Virus record (IMG/VR): IMGVR_UViG_3300032267_000592
Span: 21,667 to 85,666 of that record
From: a virus
Direction: 5' to 3' (one strand)
Length of the DNA stretch: 64,000 bases
Part shown: positions 40,200 to 49,918 of the stretch, one piece after another
How positions within the stretch are numbered: position 1 is the first letter of the stretch
Layout of the letters: every line of letters starts with the position of its first letter
The notes under the pieces: model-generated
The model's database searches: none
What the model was told of the DNA's origin: nothing
Seen by the model: only the letters and a program-made list of their open reading frames with translations
Made by a program: the position numbers and the translations under genes

Positions 40200-40910
40200 T
40201 TATAAATTTTCTATAAATTCTGAACCATTGGGATCTAATACGGCATATTTGTCATAAACAAATTTAATTTCACTATAACGCAAACCCTCTTCTTGGTGTG
40301 AATATGTTTCACCTTGAATTGATACCGGAGCCACGTTGTAAAATCTTATTATTTTTCTAACAACCATTGGATTGTAAGAACCAGCTTTTGCATACATTAC
40401 AACATCCGCAAAATTTGATTTTACATATCTATTAGAACTTTTGGGTCTTGCTATTAATCCATTATAACCAACTGAAATTATCCATGGTCTGATAATATTA
40501 TCCAAAAATGAAGAATTTGTTTCCAAAAAAGTAACATTAAATGATTGATATTTTTCTCTACCGGATGATGTTGCTGGTGCTTGAAAACCACCATAACTCA
40601 ATCCCACATTACCCGCGTCTATACTTTCACTGGGTAAAACAACTTGCCTAGCGAAAACACACCCAACCATATTGCTTACGCTGGCTTGTAATTTTCCATC
40701 TAACAAGTATTTTGTCACATTTGAATTATAAGTCCATTCAGAACCAGATTCTCTAAATTTTAAATTCGCTTCAAATGTATCGGTTAACGCTTTTACGGAA
40801 TTAAAATCAAAATAAACCAACCACTGACTTGCAAGTGCTATGCCAGTAGGCCATTCACCTAAAAGGTCTAAATAATAAGAATAAGGACTAGCTTTTCGAT
40901 TATATGGCAT
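40200..40910 (-). CDS. baseplate tail-tube initiator (gp54-like)
   Basis: Tube-fold paralog (VVLPSE...FNVTFLET...RPW...FYNVAPVSI...KFVY) next to gp19. Confidence 0.6.
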   Translation of the reverse strand: MPYNRKASPYSYYLDLLGEWPTGIALASQWLVYFDFNSVKALTDTFEANLKFRESGSEWTYNSNVTKYLLDGKLQASVSNMVGCVFARQVVLPSESIDAGNVGLSYGGFQAPATSSGREKYQSFNVTFLETNSSFLDNIIRPWIISVGYNGLIARPKSSNRYVKSNFADVVMYAKAGSYNPMVVRKIIRFYNVAPVSIQGETYSHQEEGLRYSEIKFVYDKYAVLDPNGSEFIENL

Positions 40911-40937
40911 ATATTTACTTATGCCTATGATTAGAGA

Positions 40938-41480
40938 TTATCTAACTATTCTCCAATATTGATATGCCAAAGTAGCTTGCTGTTCGATTATTTCGCCAGC
41001 ATTTGTTATATCCAATGACAAATCACCGATAGAAACGCAGTATGCACCAAATAGAGTATAGGTTCTGATCGGATCGCCCATTTTATTAATTAAAGATATT
41101 GTAACTTGGTTGGATGCATCTTTACTAGGTATTGTATATGATCCTGTGCTATTTGCATCATCAAATACCTGCTTGGTCCAATCTTCAAATTTCCTTCTAA
41201 TTGAAAGATTTTGAGGGATTCTAAAAGTTACCTGCCAAGCATTACTATTTGGATATGTTGCAGTTCCGGGCACATTAAAAGCTAATCCCATAAATGGTAC
41301 GGGTACGTTTGTAATAGAACGTCCGGGTAATGAAGTAGTTGTGATATACATTAGTTCATTTTGGGTAAATCTACTACCACCTAATGCAATAACTCTAAAT
41401 AAATTTTTACGAGCGAAATCGTTTACGATTGCAGAATCGTAAAAATTTTCTATTCCTTGTGTTTCTAGTAATCCAGCCAT
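40938..41480 (-). CDS. gp19: tail tube protein (T4 gp19)
   Basis: ARKNLFRV, SLPGRSITNVPVPFMG...PG, WQVTF, IRRKFEDW and TLAYQYW motifs. Confidence 0.92.
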   Translation of the reverse strand: MAGLLETQGIENFYDSAIVNDFARKNLFRVIALGGSRFTQNELMYITTTSLPGRSITNVPVPFMGLAFNVPGTATYPNSNAWQVTFRIPQNLSIRRKFEDWTKQVFDDANSTGSYTIPSKDASNQVTISLINKMGDPIRTYTLFGAYCVSIGDLSLDITNAGEIIEQQATLAYQYWRIVR

Positions 41481-41489
41481 AATTTTAAA

Positions 41490-41497
41490 TACTTATA
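41490..41497 (-). promoter_or_regulatory. T4-late-type promoter
   Basis: TATAAGTA, 9 nt before the tail tube ATG. Confidence 0.6.
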
Positions 41498-41523
41498 CTA
41501 ATGTGTTTCGTTTTGATAATTTT

Positions 41524-43728
41524 TTAACCGTTAAGTTCAGAAAAATCAATTCCGGTTCTAGTTGCAACGAAATCTGCTAATATAAATTCAGCAGCCCTAA
41601 CGGGTTTGATATAAATTGATATTTTCAATTCATTATTATCAATTACATCAGGTGTGTTATTACGTTCATCGCATATTAACTGATAGTCATATAATCCATC
41701 ATTTAATTTTGCCTGTTCAAAAATAGGAAGTAATGCACCTTTTAATCTATTTCTAGTTGCAAACGTATTTGGTTCAAAAACAAAATACTTCAATAATGCT
41801 TTTGTTTCTTTTTCTAAAGTCAAGAACAAACGACGAACATTTACACGATCAAATGCAGATGGCTTTTTGAACATTGTTTTTTGACCATAGATTACAAACC
41901 CATCATTATTAAAGAATGCAATTGGATTCATGTTAATTTTATATAACAAGTCTCTTTGTTTTTGTGTTGGATTGATAGCAACATCATAAACATTTACAAG
42001 AGTTCCTCTATTGAATCCAGCTGGTGCAATCCAAGGGAATGATTGCTGAGATGTTGATGCATAAATAGCCGCTGCAAATCCGGATGAAGGTGCCCAAATT
42101 TGACGATTTGAAGTTGTATCATTTATTTTTAACCAGTTTGCATACACAGAAACATAACTACTTTGTATTGCTGCAAATTGATTTTTTAATGTCCAATAAA
42201 TTTTATCAGAGAAGACATACTCTTTTCTAGAAGATGTTTTTGTGTTTTGACCATTTATAAATATATTTCTAATTGGATCTGCAATAAAAACATGATCTTT
42301 TCTGGTTTTATCTGCCAAAGCTACAAAAGGTCCAGCAATTTCATTATATGCAGAATAAGCAGCTCCAGTTGGAATGTTACCATCTGTGCCGTCCATTCCG
42401 CTTAAACTTAAATTATATTCTTCATCATATACATATTTTCCAGATAAAGTTGGAAAAGAGCTAAGAGTGTTTAGTTTAGCTTTACTACTAGCCCAAATTG
42501 TACCCAAACCACATTCTGCGGTTATATCGATGTCTATATTTTCATCATTTTCAAATCGATATAAAATTCTTGATAATTTTGCTGGAATATTTCCAAGATT
42601 TACTTTATCGACATCAGCATCACCAGTATATGAACCAATAGAAAACATCGATTTTACAGCATCAGCAATTTTAACTCTTTTTGTTGGAAATCCATCCGAA
42701 GATGTCCATTTACCCCAATCTGAAATATATGGGTTTGTTATAACTTTAATATATTTTGAATTATTGTTAATAACAGTATCCAAAAATCTACTAACTGGGG
42801 GACCACCCGTTTCACTCTGTTCCGTTCTTCCGGAATATAATGAACCATTGTAACCCTCAACTATTGAATAATCCAAAGTTAAAGCGTCTTTCCCGTATTG
42901 TGTTGCGCCCAGTTTAAATACGGTCAAAACTACGCTATCTTTATAATCATCTTTTTCAAAACCAGTTGAATAAGAAGCTGTTTCTATTGCCTTAGAGACA
43001 CTTTCTCCACCAAAAGTTTTATAGTCTTGTGTTAAGAGGAAATTTAATCTAGATGAAGGTACGGTGGTATAAGTTTGAGTAGCCTTTAAATCACCAAAGG
43101 AATTTATTGCCTTCACTGAGGATATAGATTCAAAATTTGTAGATGGGTTAAATGCGAGATTATCTGCTATGGATACATAGTAACCTTCAAAATAGTTATT
43201 AATTGTTGTTTTTTGTGAATTTAATACTATAAACCCAGCATTTCCCAATTCACCAAGACCCGAAATATGTGAATCATATTTATCCGACCATGTTATGTCA
43301 TTCTGTAATAATTTGTCATATTCATCATCTGTCAAAAGTAAACTTTTTGGTTGTTGTATTATAAGCTCAGTAGCATCTCTATATGATATAGCGTTTGAAC
43401 TTACTGAATATAATAATGCAGAATATGTATTTTCAAAACCCACACCATTACCAGAACCGTATGGCATTCTAGAAACCAATAAATTTGCTGGAGATGTTTG
43501 TAAAATTTGTTTTGCACTATGATACAAATAACGCTCTGCATCGTTTGACGGTAAACCATAAACTTCTTCAAATTCAGAAATACTGGTAATGTTAACAGGT
43601 GTTTCGGTTGGACCCTGTTGCGTGAAACCAGTAATGAAGACGCTAGTAGCTCCAATTGGTCTTGCGATTAAACTTTGATCCAATTCATTTATTTGTACTC
43701 CGGGTGATGCTATTGTTCTTGTTGACAT
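41524..43728 (-). CDS. gp18: contractile tail sheath protein (T4 gp18)
   Basis: SPGVQINELD, PWIAPAGFNRG, YGQKT, SAFDRVNVRRLF, FEPN, CDERNNTP and IKPVRAAEFI motifs. Confidence 0.97.
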   Translation of the reverse strand: MSTRTIASPGVQINELDQSLIARPIGATSVFITGFTQQGPTETPVNITSISEFEEVYGLPSNDAERYLYHSAKQILQTSPANLLVSRMPYGSGNGVGFENTYSALLYSVSSNAISYRDATELIIQQPKSLLLTDDEYDKLLQNDITWSDKYDSHISGLGELGNAGFIVLNSQKTTINNYFEGYYVSIADNLAFNPSTNFESISSVKAINSFGDLKATQTYTTVPSSRLNFLLTQDYKTFGGESVSKAIETASYSTGFEKDDYKDSVVLTVFKLGATQYGKDALTLDYSIVEGYNGSLYSGRTEQSETGGPPVSRFLDTVINNNSKYIKVITNPYISDWGKWTSSDGFPTKRVKIADAVKSMFSIGSYTGDADVDKVNLGNIPAKLSRILYRFENDENIDIDITAECGLGTIWASSKAKLNTLSSFPTLSGKYVYDEEYNLSLSGMDGTDGNIPTGAAYSAYNEIAGPFVALADKTRKDHVFIADPIRNIFINGQNTKTSSRKEYVFSDKIYWTLKNQFAAIQSSYVSVYANWLKINDTTSNRQIWAPSSGFAAAIYASTSQQSFPWIAPAGFNRGTLVNVYDVAINPTQKQRDLLYKINMNPIAFFNNDGFVIYGQKTMFKKPSAFDRVNVRRLFLTLEKETKALLKYFVFEPNTFATRNRLKGALLPIFEQAKLNDGLYDYQLICDERNNTPDVIDNNELKISIYIKPVRAAEFILADFVATRTGIDFSELNG

Positions 43729-43740
43729 AATTTATAATAA

Positions 43741-43748
43741 TATTTATA
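43741..43748 (-). promoter_or_regulatory. T4 late promoter
   Basis: Exact TATAAATA, 12 nt before the sheath ATG. Confidence 0.65.
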
Positions 43749-43802
43749 CTTTTTTATTACCAATTTTTAAAAATTATTTTATTTTGAAGATAAATAAATA
43801 AA

Positions 43803-44087
43803 ATGAACACTAAATTTGACTTAATCGTATCCTCTATTTTAGAAGAAGCCGCAAAATGTACAGGACCAACCAAAAAAGCATCATCAGATAGAAAAGGTAA
43901 AAAATACATGCAATGCGTAAAAAATCCAAACGGCAAAGGATACAAAAGAGTGCATTTCGGACAAGCTGGTGTTAAGGTTACGGGGAAAAGTGGTAATACA
44001 AAAAGAAAGAAAAGTTTTAGAGCTAGACATGGCTGTAGTAAAGCAAAACCAGGAACTGCAAAATACTTAAGTTGTAAGAATTGGTGA
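43803..44087 (+). CDS. small basic late protein (putative head-internal)
   Basis: KKYMQCV...RVHFGQ...RKKSFRARHGC...YLSCKNW pattern; N-terminal FDLIVSSILEE; GATAAATA upstream. Confidence 0.7.
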   Translation: MNTKFDLIVSSILEEAAKCTGPTKKASSDRKGKKYMQCVKNPNGKGYKRVHFGQAGVKVTGKSGNTKRKKSFRARHGCSKAKPGTAKYLSCKNW

Positions 44088-44115
44088 TTGCAATTTTGAT
44101 TTTTATTTAATACAA

Positions 44116-44123
44116 TATAAATA
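44116..44123 (+). promoter_or_regulatory. T4 late promoter
   Basis: Exact TATAAATA, 7 nt before ATG 44131. Confidence 0.65.
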
Positions 44124-44130
44124 TTAACAC

Positions 44131-44565
44131 ATGAGTAATAAATTTTACAAAATTGTTAGCAATTATTTGAACGAAGAAAACATTTCAATTAATCCGGAAA
44201 ACGTGGAAAAGGCAATATCCGCTTTACCGAATTCTCCCGCTAAAGCTGGATTGAACGCAGTTTCAAAAGCAACCGCCGAAGCAACAGATACTGATCCGAT
44301 TCATAAAAATTTAATGGATGTTATTGATCCAAAAAATCCTAAAAAATTTACTGATGTTTTTAAAAGTCCAAGCGACCAACTAAATGCTTTGAAAAAATTG
44401 GCAGAGCAAGGGATTCCAATCGCAAACACAAATCAAACACCACAACAACAAACTCAACAAAAACAAGCACCACAACAAGCACAACAACAAGCACAGCCAT
44501 CTCAACAGCAAACACCACAACAAAATAAAACAGATCAGGGTAAATATCCGGGAGCTAATTCTTAA
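44131..44565 (+). CDS. hypothetical late protein with Gln-rich tail
   Basis: N-terminal FYKIVSNYLNEE; QQQ-rich C-terminus. Confidence 0.7.
   Translation: MSNKFYKIVSNYLNEENISINPENVEKAISALPNSPAKAGLNAVSKATAEATDTDPIHKNLMDVIDPKNPKKFTDVFKSPSDQLNALKKLAEQGIPIANTNQTPQQQTQQKQAPQQAQQQAQPSQQQTPQQNKTDQGKYPGANS
44431..44525 (+). repeat. CAA-rich low-complexity repeat encoding Gln/Pro/Thr
   Basis: Imperfect (A/G)CACCACAACAA-like units. Confidence 0.6.
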
Positions 44566-44578
44566 AATATTTTAATTT

Positions 44579-45427
44579 ATGAGTAAAAAAACTCGCACCA
44601 GAAATGGTGCAATAGATAAAAAACAATCCGGTAGGATTGTCCACGAAACATCGATAAACCCAGAAAATGGCGTAACAGATAATTCGCCATATGTATTTCA
44701 AAGAGATAAAATATCTTTTGAATTAACAATAAAAAATTTACCTTGGACTGAAAAACAAAAAAGTATAATATCAACTTTTTTAGATAAAAAGACAAAAGTT
44801 TTATTATTAAAGGGTCCAGCTGGAACATCAAAGACGACATTGGCGATGTATTGCGGATTGACTTTATTGAATATGAAAAGAGTATCTGATATGGTCTTAG
44901 TGAGATCGGCAGTTGAATCTTCAGATTCTAAATTAGGTTTTCTTCCGGGTGATGTCGCAGAAAAATTCAATGTATATTTAACACCATTTCATGATAAATT
45001 TGAAGAACTGTTAAACAAACCACAATTAGATAAATTGGAAAAGGATAATCGTCTAACAATTTGTCCAATCAATTTTGCTAGAGGGTTACATTTTTCTGCA
45101 AAATTTATATGCGCCGATGAAGTTCAAAATTTTTCAAAACGAGAAATACATACATTGATGAGTCGTATAGGGGAATTTTCTAAAGTTTTTTTATGTGGAG
45201 ATCCAGAACAAAGTGATCTTCCAACTGGAAAATCCGGATTTAATAAAGTTTATGAACTTTTTAATAATGAAGAAGCGAAGGAACACGGAATCTTTTGTAT
45301 GGAATTAACAGAAGATGATATCGTTCGTTCTGAGCTTTGTAGATATATTACTCATAAATTTAAAGAGTTAAACGACCAAACAAAAATTGAAGAAAACAAA
45401 GATACATGGAAACCGAGTTCGAAATGA
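44579..45427 (+). CDS. phoH: PhoH-like ATPase
   Basis: GPAGTSKT, RSAVES...LGFLPG, FARG, DEVQN, SRIGE and GDPEQSD motifs. Confidence 0.95.
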   Translation: MSKKTRTRNGAIDKKQSGRIVHETSINPENGVTDNSPYVFQRDKISFELTIKNLPWTEKQKSIISTFLDKKTKVLLLKGPAGTSKTTLAMYCGLTLLNMKRVSDMVLVRSAVESSDSKLGFLPGDVAEKFNVYLTPFHDKFEELLNKPQLDKLEKDNRLTICPINFARGLHFSAKFICADEVQNFSKREIHTLMSRIGEFSKVFLCGDPEQSDLPTGKSGFNKVYELFNNEEAKEHGIFCMELTEDDIVRSELCRYITHKFKELNDQTKIEENKDTWKPSSK

Positions 45428-45443
45428 GTAAGTAATATATCAT

Positions 45444-45626
45444 ATGAATAATACACCAGCATATCAAACCTTAGAAAATCGCCCAGTTGCATGTAATTTT
45501 TGTGGAGCATTTGTAACAGGAAGAATAACTGAACAAAAAAACGCAAAGACAAATGAAACCATTAAAGAATGCCGCTGGATATGCGGACGCTGTGGAAATT
45601 TGACTAAAATTGGAAACGTGAAATAA
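45444..45626 (+). CDS. zinc-ribbon protein
   Basis: CNFC...CGRC; GTAAGTA 9 nt upstream. Confidence 0.65.
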   Translation: MNNTPAYQTLENRPVACNFCGAFVTGRITEQKNAKTNETIKECRWICGRCGNLTKIGNVK

Positions 45627-45636
45627 TTCACAAATA

Positions 45637-46131
45637 ATGAATTTAGAAAAAATAATAGAAGAAATATATAGTTCTCCATCGGGGAATTATTCTGCTTCTA
45701 GTGAAGCACCGAGGAAAGATTTTGCTCCAATTTCAAAAACCGATGGGTATAATTATCCATATCAAAGAGATGGCAGCTATATGGGTTCTCCAATAAAACC
45801 AGATGCACCCGTACATTACCCATGGCCATTACAAACGATAGAAGATGATCTTTCCGATGCATTTGCATTTATCGCATCTTCAATGTCTAAAATATCACAA
45901 AGCGTTAAAAACAATCCATCATTAGACGATGAAAAAAAAGAAAAAGCTATTTTCTTATATAAAAAATTAAAAAAATCATTGAACATAATAAAAAACGTAG
46001 GATTGAATACTGGTTCAGTATTTAACATTGCAGGACAACAACCCGATCAAAATACTGCACCACCCGCACAGGCATTGAAAGATGAGTCCTTACCCCAAAA
46101 GGGAGACGTTTTAAAAATCAAACTTCCCTAA
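45637..46131 (+). CDS. hypothetical protein
   Basis: 164-aa ORF starting MNLEKIIEEIY. Confidence 0.65.
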   Translation: MNLEKIIEEIYSSPSGNYSASSEAPRKDFAPISKTDGYNYPYQRDGSYMGSPIKPDAPVHYPWPLQTIEDDLSDAFAFIASSMSKISQSVKNNPSLDDEKKEKAIFLYKKLKKSLNIIKNVGLNTGSVFNIAGQQPDQNTAPPAQALKDESLPQKGDVLKIKLP

Positions 46132-46139
46132 TTTTGTCA

Positions 46140-46168
46140 TTGACAATCACACCGTATTTTGTTAAATT
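46140..46168 (+). promoter_or_regulatory. sigma70-type promoter
   Basis: TTGACA-N17-TAAATT, ending 6 nt before ATG 46175. Confidence 0.65.
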
Positions 46169-46174
46169 TGTTTA

Positions 46175-46597
46175 ATGAAGTTTAACTTTTCAAATTCAAT
46201 CTTAAAATCAACAATAACTGTATTATTCATATCAACAGTTGGGGCATTACTATTCAAATTAATAGGTTTTAGTTTTATCGTTTCGTTTTTTTTATTCTTT
46301 ATTTTCCAATATATTATTTTTTCTTTTATTGCAAATATGGTTAATAACTATTTTGCACAAAAAACAAAACAACTCGAATTGCAAGAGCTTGAAAAATTAT
46401 CAACATTGTTGGAATGTGCATATTGTGCAAAAACGAATGTAATGACATTTTTACCAGATCAAAACGAAAAAATGGAATTTGTATGTGGATCGTGTAAGAA
46501 TAAAAATTCAGTGAATATTCAATTTGTAGTAGCTAGAGTTACAGATTTTGTAAGTTCAAACAATATAACAAATATACCACTTACCGATGAAAAATAA
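46175..46597 (+). CDS. membrane protein with C-terminal zinc ribbon
   Basis: Two N-terminal hydrophobic helices; CAYC...CGSC. Confidence 0.7.
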   Translation: MKFNFSNSILKSTITVLFISTVGALLFKLIGFSFIVSFFLFFIFQYIIFSFIANMVNNYFAQKTKQLELQELEKLSTLLECAYCAKTNVMTFLPDQNEKMEFVCGSCKNKNSVNIQFVVARVTDFVSSNNITNIPLTDEK

Positions 46598-46892
46598 TCA
46601 TATGAAAAACAAAACATGGGAAAGCATTCACAATGAATCATTGACTTGGGCTAAATGGATGGCTTTATATGAAGCCGTTAATCTGATATCAGATAAAGCC
46701 GAAGAAAGAGGATTGCCATTCTCTAAGGTTGAATTAAAGCCTCTTGCAATTCATAAATATATGGAATCGACTGAAAATTTATTTTTAAGAAAAATCCTAA
46801 AGCAAGAACATAATATCGACATCTGCTTTACTGATATTAAAAATAAAAATTTCGATTGTGAAGTTGAAAATAATAAAGAATATACGTTTTAA
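46587..46892 (+). CDS. hypothetical protein
   Basis: 101-aa ORF overlapping the previous gene. Confidence 0.6.
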   Translation: MKNNHMKNKTWESIHNESLTWAKWMALYEAVNLISDKAEERGLPFSKVELKPLAIHKYMESTENLFLRKILKQEHNIDICFTDIKNKNFDCEVENNKEYTF

Positions 46893-47518
46893 TATTCTCC
46901 ATAAACATTATTATTTGAACATGGATTATCCTGTGGATAGTTGAAATTTAAATCAGCTATAACATCCAGTTTATTATTATCATTAATGGGTGTGTTACCT
47001 TGTCCTGCACCGGGGCTATTTGGTTCATTGCTATAGTCGTATCTCTTACACTTTAAGAAATAAACATAGTGTCCACCCAATGCATTGATTTGAAATTCAT
47101 CAACAACCTCTGAAACTTCATACACGGTTGGTCCTCTTTTCGGGAAATTTAACCTATCGCTCCCAAATTCGCTTAATTTTATTAAATCCCCCATCTTAGG
47201 CTCTGCCGATAGTCCAAAGGCATTTGTAAATTGTTTTGGATGTATTACGCAATTCATATCACTATCTGCAACCATTCCAAATTTTGACAATAGATAAGAG
47301 TCGTTGGAAATATTCAATAATAATGTCATACCAACACCATTAGAATATCCCGCTCCTGGTTGTTCTCCATATAATACACTGTATCCCGATAATGATGATA
47401 GGTTGGAATAATATATAACATCTTGTCCAAGAATGTTTATTTGTTCCAGCCACCAATTAGAGAAATTTTCTCTTTCTTGGTAATTTATTTCTTTATTTAA
47501 AAAACGTAAACTTTCCAT
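46889..47518 (-). CDS. neck/head-closure protein (T4 gp14-like)
   Basis: EQINILGQDVIY, LLSKFG, EPKMGDLI, YEVSEV and FQINALGGHYVYFLKCKRYDYSNE motifs. Confidence 0.8.
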   Translation of the reverse strand: MESLRFLNKEINYQERENFSNWWLEQINILGQDVIYYSNLSSLSGYSVLYGEQPGAGYSNGVGMTLLLNISNDSYLLSKFGMVADSDMNCVIHPKQFTNAFGLSAEPKMGDLIKLSEFGSDRLNFPKRGPTVYEVSEVVDEFQINALGGHYVYFLKCKRYDYSNEPNSPGAGQGNTPINDNNKLDVIADLNFNYPQDNPCSNNNVYGEY

Positions 47519-47519
47519 T

Positions 47520-47906
47520 TTAATTACCTTTATATTTTAAAACATATCCACTAGGAGACATAGGGGATAAACACAAATAAACATTAGTTTGTCTCAAAGC
47601 CTTTTCCGGTTCTTGTTTTGTTAAAATGATTGGCATTTGATTTGAACCATATTCGTTTTTTATAAACTCAGCGTCTGCTGTTGTTATCGCCAAACCATTT
47701 TTATTTTTAGTAGTAATACATCTTGTTATTTTCGGATGCAAATGTTTTTTTTCTGTATGTCTTTTTGCTACGAAATTTGGATTTTTTCTGTCTAGTCCAG
47801 CATCAATCGTTCTTTTTAAAGTTTTATGGTGTTCATTTCCAGTATTTGTACTCAATAAATTTTTATCTCCTTTGGTTAAGAAGGTCATGTAATCTTTGAA
47901 ATTCAT
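47520..47906 (-). CDS. hypothetical late protein
   Basis: 128 aa starting MNFKDY; GTAAGTA 6 nt upstream. Confidence 0.65.
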   Translation of the reverse strand: MNFKDYMTFLTKGDKNLLSTNTGNEHHKTLKRTIDAGLDRKNPNFVAKRHTEKKHLHPKITRCITTKNKNGLAITTADAEFIKNEYGSNQMPIILTKQEPEKALRQTNVYLCLSPMSPSGYVLKYKGN

Positions 47907-47919
47907 TATATTTACTTAC

Positions 47920-47951
47920 AAAAAAACCCCGAATAAATCGGGGTTCTTTTT
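47920..47951 (-). terminator. intrinsic terminator (probably bidirectional)
   Basis: AACCCCGA-ATAAA-TCGGGGTT stem-loop flanked by an A7 run and T runs. Confidence 0.85.
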
Positions 47952-47971
47952 ATACTTTGTTTTTTTATCTA

Positions 47972-48811
47972 TTAATCGTTGTCGAATAATGTTTTACCAA
48001 CTTTTACAGCGCCAACATCATTCTTCTTATTTGTTAATTTGCTAACACCAGAATCTGTTGAATGTTGTGTCAATTTACCATCAGAACCTTTTCCAGTTGA
48101 AGGTACTTGTGCTGATTTTTTAGTGACTGGTACTGCACCAGTTACTACGTTGTTTTTTCCGGTTAAACCTTTTGAAAGTTTTTCAGAGTCAACTAATGCG
48201 TGTCCGAGTTCTTCGGCTTCGACGGATTCTTCATATTGATCTTCATCAGATCCACCTTCTTCGCCTTCTGTTTCTCCTTCGCCTTCTTCTTCACCAAATT
48301 CATCGGATTCTTCTTCGCCTTCTTCTTCGCCTTCTGTTTCTCCGATTGCTGCTTGTAATACTTCGATTAATTTAGATGCAACTTCTTTATCTAAAGTAAT
48401 GGTTACTTCTTCTGAAGAATCTTCGGTGGTATCATCATCGAATTCACTATCAGTATCATCTTCGAATGAAGAATTTGGTTCCATCTCTAAAGAGTTGTCA
48501 TCTGTAGAAAAGTTGAATGATTCTTCTTCGTTTAAAATCTTATTATAAATAAGATCAAATGGGTTTGTTGATTCTTTTTTCATATTTTTATTTTTTAAAG
48601 TTTTAGCATTTCCGGTAGACCCTTTTGCTGTTAAATTAGCTGGTGCATTTTTTGGTTTGTCTGCGCGAGATTTATTAGTGGAATCATCTTGTTTAGTTAA
48701 CTCCTTATCGCCAAATGGTTTTCCTACTTGTTTCTTTGTAGTTTTAACTGTATTATCTGGAGCTTTTTTCTCTTCGATAACTGACATATATGCTTCTGTT
48801 AGTGGGTCCAT
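47972..48811 (-). CDS. acidic prohead core/scaffold-like protein
   Basis: Very Glu/Asp-rich centre; LTEAY..VIEE and FDLIYNKILNEE motifs; TATAAATA 11 nt upstream. Confidence 0.5.
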   Translation of the reverse strand: MDPLTEAYMSVIEEKKAPDNTVKTTKKQVGKPFGDKELTKQDDSTNKSRADKPKNAPANLTAKGSTGNAKTLKNKNMKKESTNPFDLIYNKILNEEESFNFSTDDNSLEMEPNSSFEDDTDSEFDDDTTEDSSEEVTITLDKEVASKLIEVLQAAIGETEGEEEGEEESDEFGEEEGEGETEGEEGGSDEDQYEESVEAEELGHALVDSEKLSKGLTGKNNVVTGAVPVTKKSAQVPSTGKGSDGKLTQHSTDSGVSKLTNKKNDVGAVKVGKTLFDND

Positions 48812-48862
48812 AATTTATATTATATTTATATTTACACTTTATTTATTACAAATCTATAAAAA

Positions 48863-49105
48863 TTATTTTTTATTTTTTCCTTTTACTTTATCGGAAGTAA
48901 TTTCTTTACCAGATTTTTTTGCTGATTTTTTAATTCCTTTGATTATTTCTTCCTTATGTTTTTTACCAAACTTTTTACCAGTTTTATTTTCAATAGATTT
49001 TTCAATTGCCCAAGGATTTACTTTCTTTTTAGCTTCAACGATTGGTTCATTATTTAGAACTTTTAAATAAGCTTCTTCTAACAGTAATTGATCTTTTGAT
49101 TTCAT
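48863..49105 (-). CDS. small basic late protein (putative head-internal)
   Basis: MKSKDQLLLEEAY followed by a Lys-rich body; tandem GTAAGTA/GTAAATA upstream. Confidence 0.65.
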   Translation of the reverse strand: MKSKDQLLLEEAYLKVLNNEPIVEAKKKVNPWAIEKSIENKTGKKFGKKHKEEIIKGIKKSAKKSGKEITSDKVKGKNKK

Positions 49106-49113
49106 GTTAATAT

Positions 49114-49917
49114 TTACTTACACCCATCAAGTATAATTTTAGACTCTTTCTTTAAATCTAAACATTCAATTAATTCATAATTTTCTTCACCATTAACCCA
49201 AACGATGTAAGACTTCGGAACTTTGAACGATGTTACTTTTTCAATTATCGTAGAATATAAAGATAATTGTAGACTATATTTTGCATATTCACATTGTTGT
49301 AAATGTTTTAATTCTTTTAAAAGAGTTTCTTTTCTTGGATTTTTTCTTTTAATTTCTTTATTTGTTTTATAATCAAACATAACTAATTCTTTAGTTTTAA
49401 AATTATAAGAAAGGTTATCTATACTACCACATATACCCGATTCTTTATCACCAACAACAAATTCTGATTTTATTAAAATATGATCTTGTTTCCACCAGTT
49501 ATAAAAGTTTATAAAATTTCTAATCAAAAGAGCAAGCTCTTTATAATACAAATCTACTGAATTGTTTGATCTAAATTCTTTTTTATTCTTAAAAAATAAA
49601 TTTATAGAATCTCTGTCTAAACTTATTTTTTTTCTGTTGAAATAATTCTCAACATATTTGTGAAACTCTGATCCCTTATGACAAGAATAATCTTTTGCAA
49701 ACTCCCACTGGTTTAATATTTCTTCAACCGTAAACCCATCTCGCTGTGCAACAAACGATGCGGCTTTTTCAGAATCAAACGGTTTCTCATATTTTTTAAT
49801 TAACTGAGAAACTGACATCTTAGCAGGTTCTCCAGATATTGTGTATTTATGATCCTTTTCAAAAAATAAAATATCCGAAAAACTATTTTCCAAACTTACA
49901 AGGGTGTCGAAATTCAT
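49114..49917 (-). CDS. PD-(D/E)XK exonuclease (RecB-like)
   Basis: SVSQLI, GSEFH, E...ICGSID...FDYKT and YSLQLSLY motifs; start revised to ATG 49917. Confidence 0.85.
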   Translation of the reverse strand: MNFDTLVSLENSFSDILFFEKDHKYTISGEPAKMSVSQLIKKYEKPFDSEKAASFVAQRDGFTVEEILNQWEFAKDYSCHKGSEFHKYVENYFNRKKISLDRDSINLFFKNKKEFRSNNSVDLYYKELALLIRNFINFYNWWKQDHILIKSEFVVGDKESGICGSIDNLSYNFKTKELVMFDYKTNKEIKRKNPRKETLLKELKHLQQCEYAKYSLQLSLYSTIIEKVTSFKVPKSYIVWVNGEENYELIECLDLKKESKIILDGCK

Positions 49918-49918
49918 A

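Noticed and set aside
48240-48345. GAA-rich repeats as a DNA repeat element
   Set aside because: They are explained by the Glu/Gly-rich low-complexity protein sequence.
49114-49917. Cas4 or a CRISPR-Cas system
   Set aside because: The nuclease lacks the four-Cys Fe-S pattern of Cas4, and I saw no repeat-spacer array or other cas gene.
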